NCBI GenBank assembly: GCA_964453105.1
Contig: CAYVOP010000002.1
Location: 6,321 to 70,320 of the forward strand
DNA: 64,000 nt
Source: an uncultured Aquabacterium sp.
Lineage (GTDB): Bacteria > Pseudomonadota > Gammaproteobacteria > Burkholderiales > Burkholderiaceae_C
Direction: 5' to 3'
Of the stretch, positions 42,391-51,624 are shown in pieces. Made by a program: the position numbers and the translations under genes. How positions within the stretch are numbered: the stretch's first letter is position 1; every line of letters starts with the position of its first letter. The notes below the pieces were generated by a model. That model had not been told where the DNA came from. It saw nothing but the letters and a program-made list of their open reading frames with translations, and made no database searches.

Positions 42391-45102
42391 CTACTGCCAG
42401 CCGTAGCGACGGATGTAGAACGTTTTCATGCCTTGTGCCAGCAGCACGTAGGCCAGCAGCACAGCCCCCAGGAATGGGAAATAGCTTGCCGGCAATGGGG
42501 TGAGCTTGAAGGCGCCGGCCCAGGGGCCTTGGGTCAAAGCCAATCCGATCAGGGACATCAGGCCGGTCATCGTGATCAGCACGGCCGAGGCATGGCTTTG
42601 CACAAATGGCAGGCGCCTGGTGCGCACCACATGCACCACCAGCATCTGGGTCATCAACCCCACCAGGAACCAGCCCGACTGGAACAGCGTCTGCAATTCG
42701 GGCCGGTTCGCGTGCAGCCCCCACCACATGAAGACAAAGGTGCTGAGGTCGAATACCGAACTGATGGGGCCGAAGTGCAGCATGAAGCGACTCAGGTCTT
42801 GTGGATTCCAGCGCTGGGGTTGGGCGAGTTGCTCGGGGTCGACGTGGTCAAAGGGGATGCCGATCTGTGCGATGTCATAGAGCAGGTTCTGGATCAGCAG
42901 GTGCATGGGCAGCATGGGCAGGAAGGGCAGCAGCGCACTGGCCACCAGCACCGACAGTACGTTGCCAAAGTTGGAGCTGGCTGTGAGCTTGATGTACTTG
43001 AGCATGTTGGCGAAGGTGCGCCGCCCTTGCTCCACGCCGGTGCTCAAGACAGTCAAGCTCTTTTCCAGCAAGATGATGTCGGCGGCTTCCTTGGCAATGT
43101 CCACGGCCGTGTCCACCGAGATGCCGATGTCGGCTGCCCGCAGGGCCGGGGCGTCGTTGATGCCATCGCCCATGAAGCCCACCACGTTGCCGCCAGCGCG
43201 CAACTGGCGAACCAGGCGTTCCTTGTGCTGCGGGGTGAGCTTGGCAAACACATTATGGGTTTGCAGCGCTTCGCCGAGGGCAGCGTCGCTCAGGTCTTCC
43301 AGCGCATCTCCCAGCAGCAGGCCGTGGATGGGCAGTCCCACGTCATGGCACACCTTGCGGGTCACCCATTCGTTGTCACCCGTCAGCACCATGACTCGCA
43401 CGCCTTGCTGATGCAGCGCTTGCAAAGCGGCCGCCGTGGTTTCTTTGGGTGGGTCGAGAAAAGCCACATAGCCCATCAGCGTCAAGTCGCTCTCGTCGGC
43501 CACGCTGTAGCGTTGCTGATCGGTGCTTTGCTCCTTGATGGCCACAGCCACCACGCGTAGCCCTTCCTGGTTCAGATCCAGGGTGATGTGTTGAATCTCG
43601 GTCAGCAGGTCGGGAGTCAAGGGCTGGTCGAGGCCATCGCGACGCACATGGGTGCAGGCCCGCATGACCTCTTCCAATGCGCCCTTGCAGATCAGCATGT
43701 GGCGGCGGTCGTGCTCGATCACGATGACCGACATGCGGCGACGTTGAAAATCAAACGGCACTTCATCCACCTTGGCATAGGCGGTGGCCACTTCCAGATC
43801 GTGGTGCAGTTGCACTTGTTCCAGCACGGCCACGTCGAGCATGTTCTTCAGGCCGGTCTGGTAGTAGCTGTTGAGGTAGGCCAGCTCCAGTACATCGCGT
43901 GAGGTATGGCCCCAGGCATCGGTGTGGCGTGCCAGGGCAATCTTGTCCTGGGTGAGGGTGCCAGTCTTGTCGGTGCACAGCACATTCATGGCCCCGAAGT
44001 TCTGAATGGCGTCCAGCTGTTTGACCACCACTTTTTGCCCGGCCAGCTTCACGGCGCCTTTGGCCAGAGTGGAGGTCACGATCATGGGCAGCATTTCAGG
44101 CGTCAGCCCCACAGCAATCGACAGGGCAAACAAGCCAGCTTCCAGCCAATTGCCTTTGGTGACGCCATTGAGCAGGAAGACCAATGGCACCATCACGAAC
44201 ATGAAGCGAATCAGCAGCCAGGCCACCTGATTCACGCCGGCTTGAAATTGGGTGAGGGGGCGCTGCGCACTGTTGAGCCGTTCAGCCAGGGCCCCGAAAT
44301 AGCTGCGTGCGCCCGTGGCCACCACCACGGCGGTGGCGGTGCCCGAGACCACATTGGTGCCCATGAAGACGATGTTGTCGAGGTCCAGTGGATTGCTCAG
44401 GTGGGCATCGGCATCGTGCGCAAACTTTTCTACCGGCAATGACTCGCCCGTCATGGCCGACTGGGCTACGAACAGGTCTTTGGCTTGCAAGATGCGGCAG
44501 TCGGCCGGGATCATGTCGCCCGCCGACAGGGCAATGACGTCGCCCGGCACGAGGTCGCGTACGGCGATGTCGCTGGGGGCCTGACCCGGGCGCACAACGG
44601 TGGCTCGGTTGCTGACCAGGGCTTTGAGCTGATCAGCTGCGTGGTGTGATCGGCGTTCCTGCACGAAGCGCAAGGACACGGACAAAGTGACCATGCTGCC
44701 GATGACCACGGTGGCTCGCAGGTCGCCAGTGAGCCAGGAGATCAAGGCCAGCAGGCTGAGCAATAGATCAAATGGGGTGCGATAGCAATGCCACAGTAGC
44801 TGCCACCAGGGCAGAGGGCCTTCTTGCTCGATTTCGTTGGGGCCGACACACTTGCGCAGTCGGTGTGCCGCCTCCAGGGGCAGCCCGTGTTCGCCGCTGT
44901 GCAAGCGGCCCAGCAAAGCCGCGGGAGGGCTGATGGCCGCTTGGCGCAAAGTCTGGGCCTGGTCGGCTGGCACCGCGCGTTCGTGCGGTGAGCCCCCCAA
45001 AGTTTCGAGCATCGACCGGCGGTGGTAATGCCGATGGATGGCGCGGCTTCGCAGGAAGCGCGCGAAAAAGGCATGCAGCGGGTGTCGGTGCGAGCGGGCC
45101 AT
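42391..45102 (-). CDS. mgtA: Magnesium-translocating P-type ATPase
   Basis: TGES, GLTPEMLP, DKTGT, KGALEE, GDGIND; N-terminus typical of MgtA. Confidence 0.95.
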   Translation of the reverse strand: MARSHRHPLHAFFARFLRSRAIHRHYHRRSMLETLGGSPHERAVPADQAQTLRQAAISPPAALLGRLHSGEHGLPLEAAHRLRKCVGPNEIEQEGPLPWWQLLWHCYRTPFDLLLSLLALISWLTGDLRATVVIGSMVTLSVSLRFVQERRSHHAADQLKALVSNRATVVRPGQAPSDIAVRDLVPGDVIALSAGDMIPADCRILQAKDLFVAQSAMTGESLPVEKFAHDADAHLSNPLDLDNIVFMGTNVVSGTATAVVVATGARSYFGALAERLNSAQRPLTQFQAGVNQVAWLLIRFMFVMVPLVFLLNGVTKGNWLEAGLFALSIAVGLTPEMLPMIVTSTLAKGAVKLAGQKVVVKQLDAIQNFGAMNVLCTDKTGTLTQDKIALARHTDAWGHTSRDVLELAYLNSYYQTGLKNMLDVAVLEQVQLHHDLEVATAYAKVDEVPFDFQRRRMSVIVIEHDRRHMLICKGALEEVMRACTHVRRDGLDQPLTPDLLTEIQHITLDLNQEGLRVVAVAIKEQSTDQQRYSVADESDLTLMGYVAFLDPPKETTAAALQALHQQGVRVMVLTGDNEWVTRKVCHDVGLPIHGLLLGDALEDLSDAALGEALQTHNVFAKLTPQHKERLVRQLRAGGNVVGFMGDGINDAPALRAADIGISVDTAVDIAKEAADIILLEKSLTVLSTGVEQGRRTFANMLKYIKLTASSNFGNVLSVLVASALLPFLPMLPMHLLIQNLLYDIAQIGIPFDHVDPEQLAQPQRWNPQDLSRFMLHFGPISSVFDLSTFVFMWWGLHANRPELQTLFQSGWFLVGLMTQMLVVHVVRTRRLPFVQSHASAVLITMTGLMSLIGLALTQGPWAGAFKLTPLPASYFPFLGAVLLAYVLLAQGMKTFYIRRYGWQ

Positions 45103-45158
45103 GAGCGCATCTTAGCCCTGCTGCCTGGCTCGGTCGTGACCGGTGGATGACGGACGAG

Positions 45159-46730
45159 TCAATCCCGCTTGGGGTAGCCGGTGATCGACTGGATTTCGCT
45201 GTACAGCGGCGCCAGGCGCTCGTACATGTGCTTGTAGACGCGGCTGTAGAGTTGGTCGTACAAGCCGGCATGCGCGGCAATGGGCTCGAAGACCCGATCC
45301 ACACGGGTCATGGCGCGAATGGCGGCGTCGAAATCGCCGTACAGGCCCAGCCCCACGGCGGTGTCGATGGCGGCGCCCAGGCCGGAGGTTTCGTAGGTGT
45401 GCGGGCGGCAGGCGGGCAGGTTGAAAATGTCGGCAGTCAGTTGCATGGCCGCGTCCGACTGTGAGCCGCCGCCCGATACGCGCAACTCCTTCATGGGCGT
45501 GCGGGTTTTCTTTTCGATGCGTTCGCGGCCATCACGCAGGGCATAGGCCAGGCCTTCCAGAATGGCACGGTACAAGTGGGCCCGCGTGTGGATGTCGCCA
45601 AATCCGACGATGGCGCCTTTCGCATCGGGGCCAGGGTGGCGAATGCCGGGGGACCAGTAGGGCTGCAGCATCAGGCCCATGGAGCCCGGCGGTACCGTGG
45701 CCACCATTTCATCAAACAGGGCTTCGGGCAGGATGCCGGTTTGTTCGGCCGCCAGCATTTCGTTGTGGCCGAACTGCTCCTTGAACCAGCGCACCATCCA
45801 GTAGCCCCGGAAGATCTGCACCTCACAGCTGAAATGCTGGGGCAGGGCGGCGGGGTAGGGGGGCACCAGGGGCAAGGCTTCCAGGTACTTGCTGGAGTTG
45901 ATGTTGATGGTGGCCGTGGTGCCATACGACAGACCGCCCACCTCCGGGCCCAGGCAGCCCGATCCCAGCACCTCGCACGCCTTGTCGGCTGCAGCGGCCA
46001 TGACGGGCAAGCCCTCGGGAATGCCGGTGGCTTCGGCTGCTTGCCGGGTGATTTGGCCCAACTGACTGCCCACGGGGTAGAGCTCGGGCAGGTGGCGAGG
46101 CTCCATGGCCATGGCTTGCCATTTCCAGTCCCAGCCAGCAGCCCATTTTTGCCGCTTGAAGTCAAAGGGGATGTAGCCCACCTGCGAGCCGATCGAGTCC
46201 ACAAAGCGACCGGTGAGCCGGTGGTTCAACAAGCCTGACAAGAGCAGGAACTTATGCGTTTTTTGCCATATGTCGGGGCGGAATTCGGCCAGCCAGTTGG
46301 CATCGGCTTCGCGCTGAAAGTATTCGATGGTGTCGGTGGCGCCGACCGCTCGGAATGCCGCTCGCCAAGGGGCGCTGATCTTGGGCAAGCGGGTGGCATT
46401 GCGCTGGTCCAGCCAGATGATGGCAGGGTAAAGCGCTTCGCCTTGCGCGTCCACGGGCATGATGGTGCCGCGCTGTGTGGTCACCGACACGCCGCGCAGC
46501 GCAGGCTTGCGTGCGCCGTGGGTTTGCCACAGACCTTGGCAGGCTTGCGCCGTGGCTTGCCAGAAGCCATTGACATCGTGTTCGAGCCAGCCCGGTTGAG
46601 GAACTTGGTAGTCGTCAAACCGCACTTGCGACTTGGCCACCACATTGCCCTTGAGGTCGAACAAGATGGCTCGCACGCTCTGGGTGCCGCAGTCGATGGA
46701 CAGCAGCAGGTCGTCCGGTTGGCGTGTCAT
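45159..46730 (-). CDS. FGGY-family carbohydrate/glycerol-like kinase
   Basis: SIDCGTQSVRA, TTQRGT, WLDQR, LEGLAYA, GGGSQSD. Start moved to ATG 46730. Confidence 0.92.
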   Translation of the reverse strand: MTRQPDDLLLSIDCGTQSVRAILFDLKGNVVAKSQVRFDDYQVPQPGWLEHDVNGFWQATAQACQGLWQTHGARKPALRGVSVTTQRGTIMPVDAQGEALYPAIIWLDQRNATRLPKISAPWRAAFRAVGATDTIEYFQREADANWLAEFRPDIWQKTHKFLLLSGLLNHRLTGRFVDSIGSQVGYIPFDFKRQKWAAGWDWKWQAMAMEPRHLPELYPVGSQLGQITRQAAEATGIPEGLPVMAAAADKACEVLGSGCLGPEVGGLSYGTTATININSSKYLEALPLVPPYPAALPQHFSCEVQIFRGYWMVRWFKEQFGHNEMLAAEQTGILPEALFDEMVATVPPGSMGLMLQPYWSPGIRHPGPDAKGAIVGFGDIHTRAHLYRAILEGLAYALRDGRERIEKKTRTPMKELRVSGGGSQSDAAMQLTADIFNLPACRPHTYETSGLGAAIDTAVGLGLYGDFDAAIRAMTRVDRVFEPIAAHAGLYDQLYSRVYKHMYERLAPLYSEIQSITGYPKRD

Positions 46731-48277
46731 GGCGCGTCCTTTTTCATCGAGGCAGGCAGGCCGTAGCAGCGCGCAATCAGGGCCCCGTAGCGCAGGCGTT
46801 CCTGTTCCCATCGGGCATCATCCCAGCCCAGTGCAGTTTGCATGAGAGGGCGAATTTGCGGGAGCAGGGCTTGGCCGCCGTGGGGCAGAACCAGACCCAG
46901 GCGAGTGCGGCGCAAGAGCAAGTCATCCAAATGATGGACGGCTTCGTGCTGCGCAATCCAGCGCAGTTCGGCCCACCAGATGCGGGTGCCCGCAATGGGC
47001 TGGCATTCGCTTGGCATGGCCGAGGCGAGCAAGGCATTGGCTTGATCGCCGTAGCGACCGATCAGGCGCGCTTGTTCGGTGGCATCGAGTTTCAGTAGGT
47101 CCGGGCCCACGGTGGGGGTCGACAAGATGCGTTCGTCCTGCCAGTTCAGCTTCAGGGTGGCATGGGCGCGAGCGGCGTGCCGCAGGGTGTCGAGCGCGAT
47201 GGCGCGAAAGGTGGTGAGCTTGCCACCCGTCACGGTGATCAGGCCCTGCTCGTTGAGCACGATGTGATCGCGTGTTTCTTTGGAAGGATCGGCCGCGCCG
47301 CTGGACACCACCGGCCGCACGCCAGCGTAGGTGGACACGATGTCGTGCGCTTGAATGCCCAGGTGTGGGAAGGTGTGTTGCACGGCTTCCAACAGGTAGG
47401 TCACCTCGCCTTCGGTGATGCCGGGTTCCTCATTCAGGTCATGCGGGTGGTCGATGTCGGTGGTGCCAACCAGGGCCATGCCTTCCCACGGGTAGGCAAA
47501 TACCGGGCGACCATCACGCGGATGAAACAGGCTGACCGACTGTGCCACGGGCAGACGCCACAGGGGCAACAGCAGGTGGCTGCCGCGCAGGGGGCGCAGC
47601 TTCGGGGGCTGGCCCATTCGCTGGCGCAGCCCATCGGCCCAGGCCCCAGTGGCGTTGATGACGCAGGTGGCGGCCTGGCTTCGCGTGCGGCCCTCTTCGG
47701 TTCGCAGGTGCGCTCCGCAGACACGGCCTTGTTCCACCATCAAGCTGTCGACCGTGGTGTAGTTGTGGACTTGGGCGCCGTGTTGGCGGGCTTCCTGCAG
47801 CACGCGCCAGACCAGGCGGGCATCGTCGGTTTTGGCATCCAGGTAGCCTGAGCCGCTGATCAAGCCTCGGGCATCGGTGTGGGGCGCCAGTTGCTGGTAG
47901 CCACTGGCATCGACGGCATGGCGGTGGCGTTCGCCACCCAGCAGGTCGTACACCGCCAGGCCCAGGCGCATCAGCGTCTGACCGGGTGAGCGGCCTGCGT
48001 AGTGGCCCATCAGGAAGCGTTGCGGCTCGACCAGTCCGGGCGCATCGCGCAGAAGTTGGCGGCGTTCCAGTACCGATTCACGGGTCAGCCCGATGGCGCC
48101 TTCGCGCAAATAGCGCAGCCCACCGTGGACCAGTTTGGACGAGCGCGAAGAGGTGCCCCAGGCAAAGTCGCGTTGCTCGACCAGTTGAACCCGTGCGCCA
48201 CGTCGTGCGGCTTCCAGCGCAATGCCCGCGCCAGTGATCCCGCCTCCGATGACGAGGATGTCGACGGGCGAGTTCAT
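46727..48277 (-). CDS. FAD-dependent glycerol-3-phosphate dehydrogenase/oxidase family protein
   Basis: GGGITGAG, GTSSRSSKLVHGGLRYL, GGKLTTFR. Start moved to ATG 48277. Confidence 0.92.
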   Translation of the reverse strand: MNSPVDILVIGGGITGAGIALEAARRGARVQLVEQRDFAWGTSSRSSKLVHGGLRYLREGAIGLTRESVLERRQLLRDAPGLVEPQRFLMGHYAGRSPGQTLMRLGLAVYDLLGGERHRHAVDASGYQQLAPHTDARGLISGSGYLDAKTDDARLVWRVLQEARQHGAQVHNYTTVDSLMVEQGRVCGAHLRTEEGRTRSQAATCVINATGAWADGLRQRMGQPPKLRPLRGSHLLLPLWRLPVAQSVSLFHPRDGRPVFAYPWEGMALVGTTDIDHPHDLNEEPGITEGEVTYLLEAVQHTFPHLGIQAHDIVSTYAGVRPVVSSGAADPSKETRDHIVLNEQGLITVTGGKLTTFRAIALDTLRHAARAHATLKLNWQDERILSTPTVGPDLLKLDATEQARLIGRYGDQANALLASAMPSECQPIAGTRIWWAELRWIAQHEAVHHLDDLLLRRTRLGLVLPHGGQALLPQIRPLMQTALGWDDARWEQERLRYGALIARCYGLPASMKKDAP

Positions 48278-49878
48278 GAGATGTCGCCCAGCAAATTGCC
48301 TGGCGCCATCACGCCCTTCTGGTCCCACTCACGAATCACGGCGCCAATGGCCGCGAGATTGGCGGGGCCCTTTTCACGCTGGAACCAGGGGGCGTGGTCT
48401 TTGCCCACGCCGTGCTGATGGGTGATGGTGCCGCCGTGGTCTGCAATGGCATTGCCCACCGATTGCTTGAGCGACTGCCAGCGCGCCAGGGCGCTGTCGT
48501 AGTCGGGGCCAATGCGGTAGACAAAGGTGCTGTACACGCTGGAGCCCTGTGCGTACACATGCGACAGGTGGGTGTAGCAATGGGTTTTCTCGCCATGGCG
48601 AGCCAAGGCCTGTCGCCCGGCTTCTTCCATGGCTTCCATCATGGGGGTGACACGGGGCCAGTCGCAAGCGGTTTCCATGGTGTCGACGGCATAGCCGGCT
48701 TCCCACAAGCTGTTGCGCAGGTAAACGTTTTGGAAGCGCTTGGCTGCCCACTTCTGGCCCAGCACCGTGCCGGTGGACACGCCGCCATGCGCGCCAATGA
48801 TGGCAAAGCCAAGTTGGCGCATGGCGCGTACCTGCGCCCGGCTGCCAGTCAGGCCCATCATCATCAGGCATTTGCCTTCGCCCACGCCGCGCAGAGCCAG
48901 GTAACGTTCCAGCCAGCCAATGGCGCGTGCATGGCCGGCCATGCGCAAGGTGGTGAAAGTTTCGACCGCGTTCGACACCCGCAGCATCGACAAACCCAGT
49001 TTGGCCTGAGCCAGTTCGCGCACTGCAGTCTGGGCCGCTTCCCACGAGGGGAAAAACACGCCCACAAAGTCTTCCCGCTCGGGCAGACGGGTGACACGCA
49101 CCTTGGCTTCGGTCAGCACGCCCATGCGGCCTTCCGAGCCCATGATCCATTCGCGCATGTCGGGGCCAGCAGCCGAAGCGGGGAAGGTGGGCAACACCAC
49201 GGTGGTGTCGGGCGTGACCAGGGTGCCGCCGGCAAACATGGCCTCAATTCGGCCATAACGGGCGGATTGCTGGCCCGAAGAGCGGGTCACGATCCAGCCG
49301 CCCAGCGTAGACAGTTCGAAACTCTGTGGAAAGTGCCCCAGGGTGAAGCCGTGGGCGCGCAGTTGGGCTTCCAGATCAGGGCCGGCCACGCCAGCTTCGA
49401 AGGTGGCAATTTGAGAAACCGGATCCAGACTGACCAGTCGCATCATGCGCGTGAGGTTCAGGGTCAGAACGGGCTTGTCTCCCACCGGTGTCAGGTGTCC
49501 GGCCACACTGGTGGCGCCCCCGCAAGGCAGCACATGCACGCCATGCTGTTTGGCCCAGGCCAGCAGGGCTTGAACGTCTTGTGTGGTTTCGGGGTGGGCC
49601 ACGCCATCGGTGACCCGACCGATCTGGCCGAATCGCAGGCGCAGCCAATCCCAGGCGGATTGGCCAAAGCTGGCGCTCAGGCGGGCCGCGTCGCTGGTGT
49701 CGATCAGAGGATGGGCTGCCAGGCGCGAGGGCTGGCGCGCCACTTGGGCCAGGGCTTGATCCCAGCTGGCATCGCTGGGGGCCGTGGCGGTCCCGATGGC
49801 TTCCTGCAAAAAGGACAGGGCTTCGGGTTTGAGTGCTTCGGTGTTGTGGGTGTCGCCCCAGCCGTTCCAGCGTCGCAT
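48274..49878 (-). CDS. FAD-linked oxidoreductase, alkyl-dihydroxyacetonephosphate synthase-like
   Basis: MRRWNGWG, GHFPQSFELSTLGGW, GSEGRMG, HLSHVY, THQHGVG. Confidence 0.88.
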   Translation of the reverse strand: MRRWNGWGDTHNTEALKPEALSFLQEAIGTATAPSDASWDQALAQVARQPSRLAAHPLIDTSDAARLSASFGQSAWDWLRLRFGQIGRVTDGVAHPETTQDVQALLAWAKQHGVHVLPCGGATSVAGHLTPVGDKPVLTLNLTRMMRLVSLDPVSQIATFEAGVAGPDLEAQLRAHGFTLGHFPQSFELSTLGGWIVTRSSGQQSARYGRIEAMFAGGTLVTPDTTVVLPTFPASAAGPDMREWIMGSEGRMGVLTEAKVRVTRLPEREDFVGVFFPSWEAAQTAVRELAQAKLGLSMLRVSNAVETFTTLRMAGHARAIGWLERYLALRGVGEGKCLMMMGLTGSRAQVRAMRQLGFAIIGAHGGVSTGTVLGQKWAAKRFQNVYLRNSLWEAGYAVDTMETACDWPRVTPMMEAMEEAGRQALARHGEKTHCYTHLSHVYAQGSSVYSTFVYRIGPDYDSALARWQSLKQSVGNAIADHGGTITHQHGVGKDHAPWFQREKGPANLAAIGAVIREWDQKGVMAPGNLLGDIS

Positions 49879-49986
49879 GATGGCAGTGCTCTCGTTGTGT
49901 TCGTCAGTGCGCGCATCTTGCCGATTTCAGTCGGCTGATGATTGACAAATGACGACAGGGTGCGAGCGCCTGCCAAAGCGCGAATT

Positions 49987-50256
49987 TCAGATGCCGATCT
50001 TGCCCAGTCCGTCCATCAGGTCGCGCAAGGTGGCTTCCAGGTAGGGATGTTGTGCGGCAAATTTGGCGGAGACGTCGCGAGCGCGGTCTTCGAGGCTTCC
50101 CTCATCGGCAGGGGCTGTGGCAGGCTGCTCCAAAGCGCGATGAATGTCTTGCGCCAGGGTTTGCAAAATGGCACGCAGTTCGGGATCTGGGCTACCCCCA
50201 GCTTCCAGATCGGTGTGCAGTTGTTCTAGGGTTTGCTTGATTTTCTGGTTGTCCAT
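49987..50256 (-). CDS. DUF4404-like small helical protein
   Basis: LEQLHTDL...FAAQHPYLEATLRDLMDGLGKIGI pattern. Confidence 0.7.
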   Translation of the reverse strand: MDNQKIKQTLEQLHTDLEAGGSPDPELRAILQTLAQDIHRALEQPATAPADEGSLEDRARDVSAKFAAQHPYLEATLRDLMDGLGKIGI

Positions 50257-50332
50257 AGCGGGCCTCTTTGTTTAGGGAAATTGTAGGTCTGAGGGCGCTG
50301 TTGTGGCGAGTTTCGTCTGGAGGTCATCCATC

Positions 50333-50635
50333 ATGGGCTCTGTTTCTGCCATTGCCATGTCTGGCGTCAATGCGGCGTCGATGCGTATGGGGGCTGCGGC
50401 CCACAACATCGCCAATACCGAGACTGCCAACTTCCGGCGCCAACAGGTGTCGCAGGCGGCCGAGGCCGCGCTCGGCGGGGTCACGGTGACCCTGAGCCAG
50501 TCTTCGGCCGAAGGCGATGCCTTGGCCAACGACATGGTGGCCCACAAGATGGCGAGCTATCAATACCTGGCCAACCTGCGGGTCATCCGTACCCAGGATC
50601 GCATGATGGGTTCCTTGCTCGACATGCAGGCCTGA
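50333..50635 (+). CDS. Miniature FlgB/FlgC-like rod-domain protein
   Basis: IAMSG...AAHNIANTET N-terminal motif; YLANLRVIRTQDRMMGSLLD C-terminal motif; GGAGG RBS. Confidence 0.8.
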   Translation: MGSVSAIAMSGVNAASMRMGAAAHNIANTETANFRRQQVSQAAEAALGGVTVTLSQSSAEGDALANDMVAHKMASYQYLANLRVIRTQDRMMGSLLDMQA

Positions 50636-50642
50636 TTACACT

Positions 50643-50676
50643 GCCCCCAATTGGGATGCTGGATGCATTTGGGGGC
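50643..50676 (+). repeat. Hairpin GCCCCCAA...TTGGGGGC after the mini-Flg gene (possible terminator)
   Basis: 8-bp perfect arms with imperfect outer extension; no clear U-tract. Confidence 0.45.
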
Positions 50677-50735
50677 GTGGTGTGATTGGGTTGAACGTTG
50701 AATGGAGCAAGCGAACGAGGCGGGCTGTGCAGGCT

Positions 50736-51593
50736 ATGGCCGTGTGGTCGGCGGGAGCAATCCGTGTAGTGCGAGCCCTGGCCCTTGGTTTGGCGCCTAG
50801 CTTGGTGCTTGGCTTCATGCCTGGCGCCGAGGCTCGCGCCGCCAGCGAAGGAGCCGCCACCGTGTTCCTGGAGGAGATGACGTCGCCCGAGTTGCGCGAC
50901 CGCATTGCTGCCGGGGCCACGGTGGCTTTGGTGCCCATTGGCGGCACCGAACAGAACGGTCCCCACATGGTGCTGGGCAAGCACAATGCGCGTGCGCATG
51001 TGCTGGCTGGGCGCATTGCGCGCCGTCTGGGCCATGCGGTGGTGGCGCCAGTGATCAGCTATGTTCCCGAAGGGGCGGTGTCCCCCCCTCAGGCACACAT
51101 GCGTTTCACGGGCACCTTGAGCGTGCCGGAACCGGCTTTCGAAGCTTTGCTGGAAGGCGCTGCGCGCAGCTTGGTGCAGCATGGGTTTCGCACCGTGGTT
51201 TTCCTGGGGGACCATGGTGGTTATCAAAAGTGCGAAGAGCGAGTCGCGGCCCGTTTGAATCGGCCTTCAGCCGGTTTGTCTGGCGCTCGCGTGCTGGCCT
51301 TGCGCGAGTATTACGAGGTGACCCAGACGCGCTACGTGGCCGACTTGAAGGCGGCCGGGTTCTCGCAAGCCGACATTGGCACCCATGCCGGTCTGGCCGA
51401 TACCGCACTGACCCTGGCCCTTGATCCGACCTTGGTTCGGGTGCCAATGTTGTCGGCAAGCCGCAAATGGACCCCGTCAGATGGGGTGTATGGCAACCCC
51501 ACACGCGCCACCGCTGATCTTGGGCAGATCGGGGTGCAGCAGATTGTGGAATCATCCGTTCAGGCCATCCGTGCGGCCGAAGCCGTGCGTTGA
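50736..51593 (+). CDS. Exported creatininase-family amidohydrolase
   Basis: Signal peptide (AEARA); LVPIGGTEQNGPH, DHGG, HAGLADT. Start uncertain (50682-50736). Confidence 0.8.
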   Translation: MAVWSAGAIRVVRALALGLAPSLVLGFMPGAEARAASEGAATVFLEEMTSPELRDRIAAGATVALVPIGGTEQNGPHMVLGKHNARAHVLAGRIARRLGHAVVAPVISYVPEGAVSPPQAHMRFTGTLSVPEPAFEALLEGAARSLVQHGFRTVVFLGDHGGYQKCEERVAARLNRPSAGLSGARVLALREYYEVTQTRYVADLKAAGFSQADIGTHAGLADTALTLALDPTLVRVPMLSASRKWTPSDGVYGNPTRATADLGQIGVQQIVESSVQAIRAAEAVR

Positions 51594-51624
51594 AGCTTTC
51601 TGATTCCGAACCGATATCTTGATC

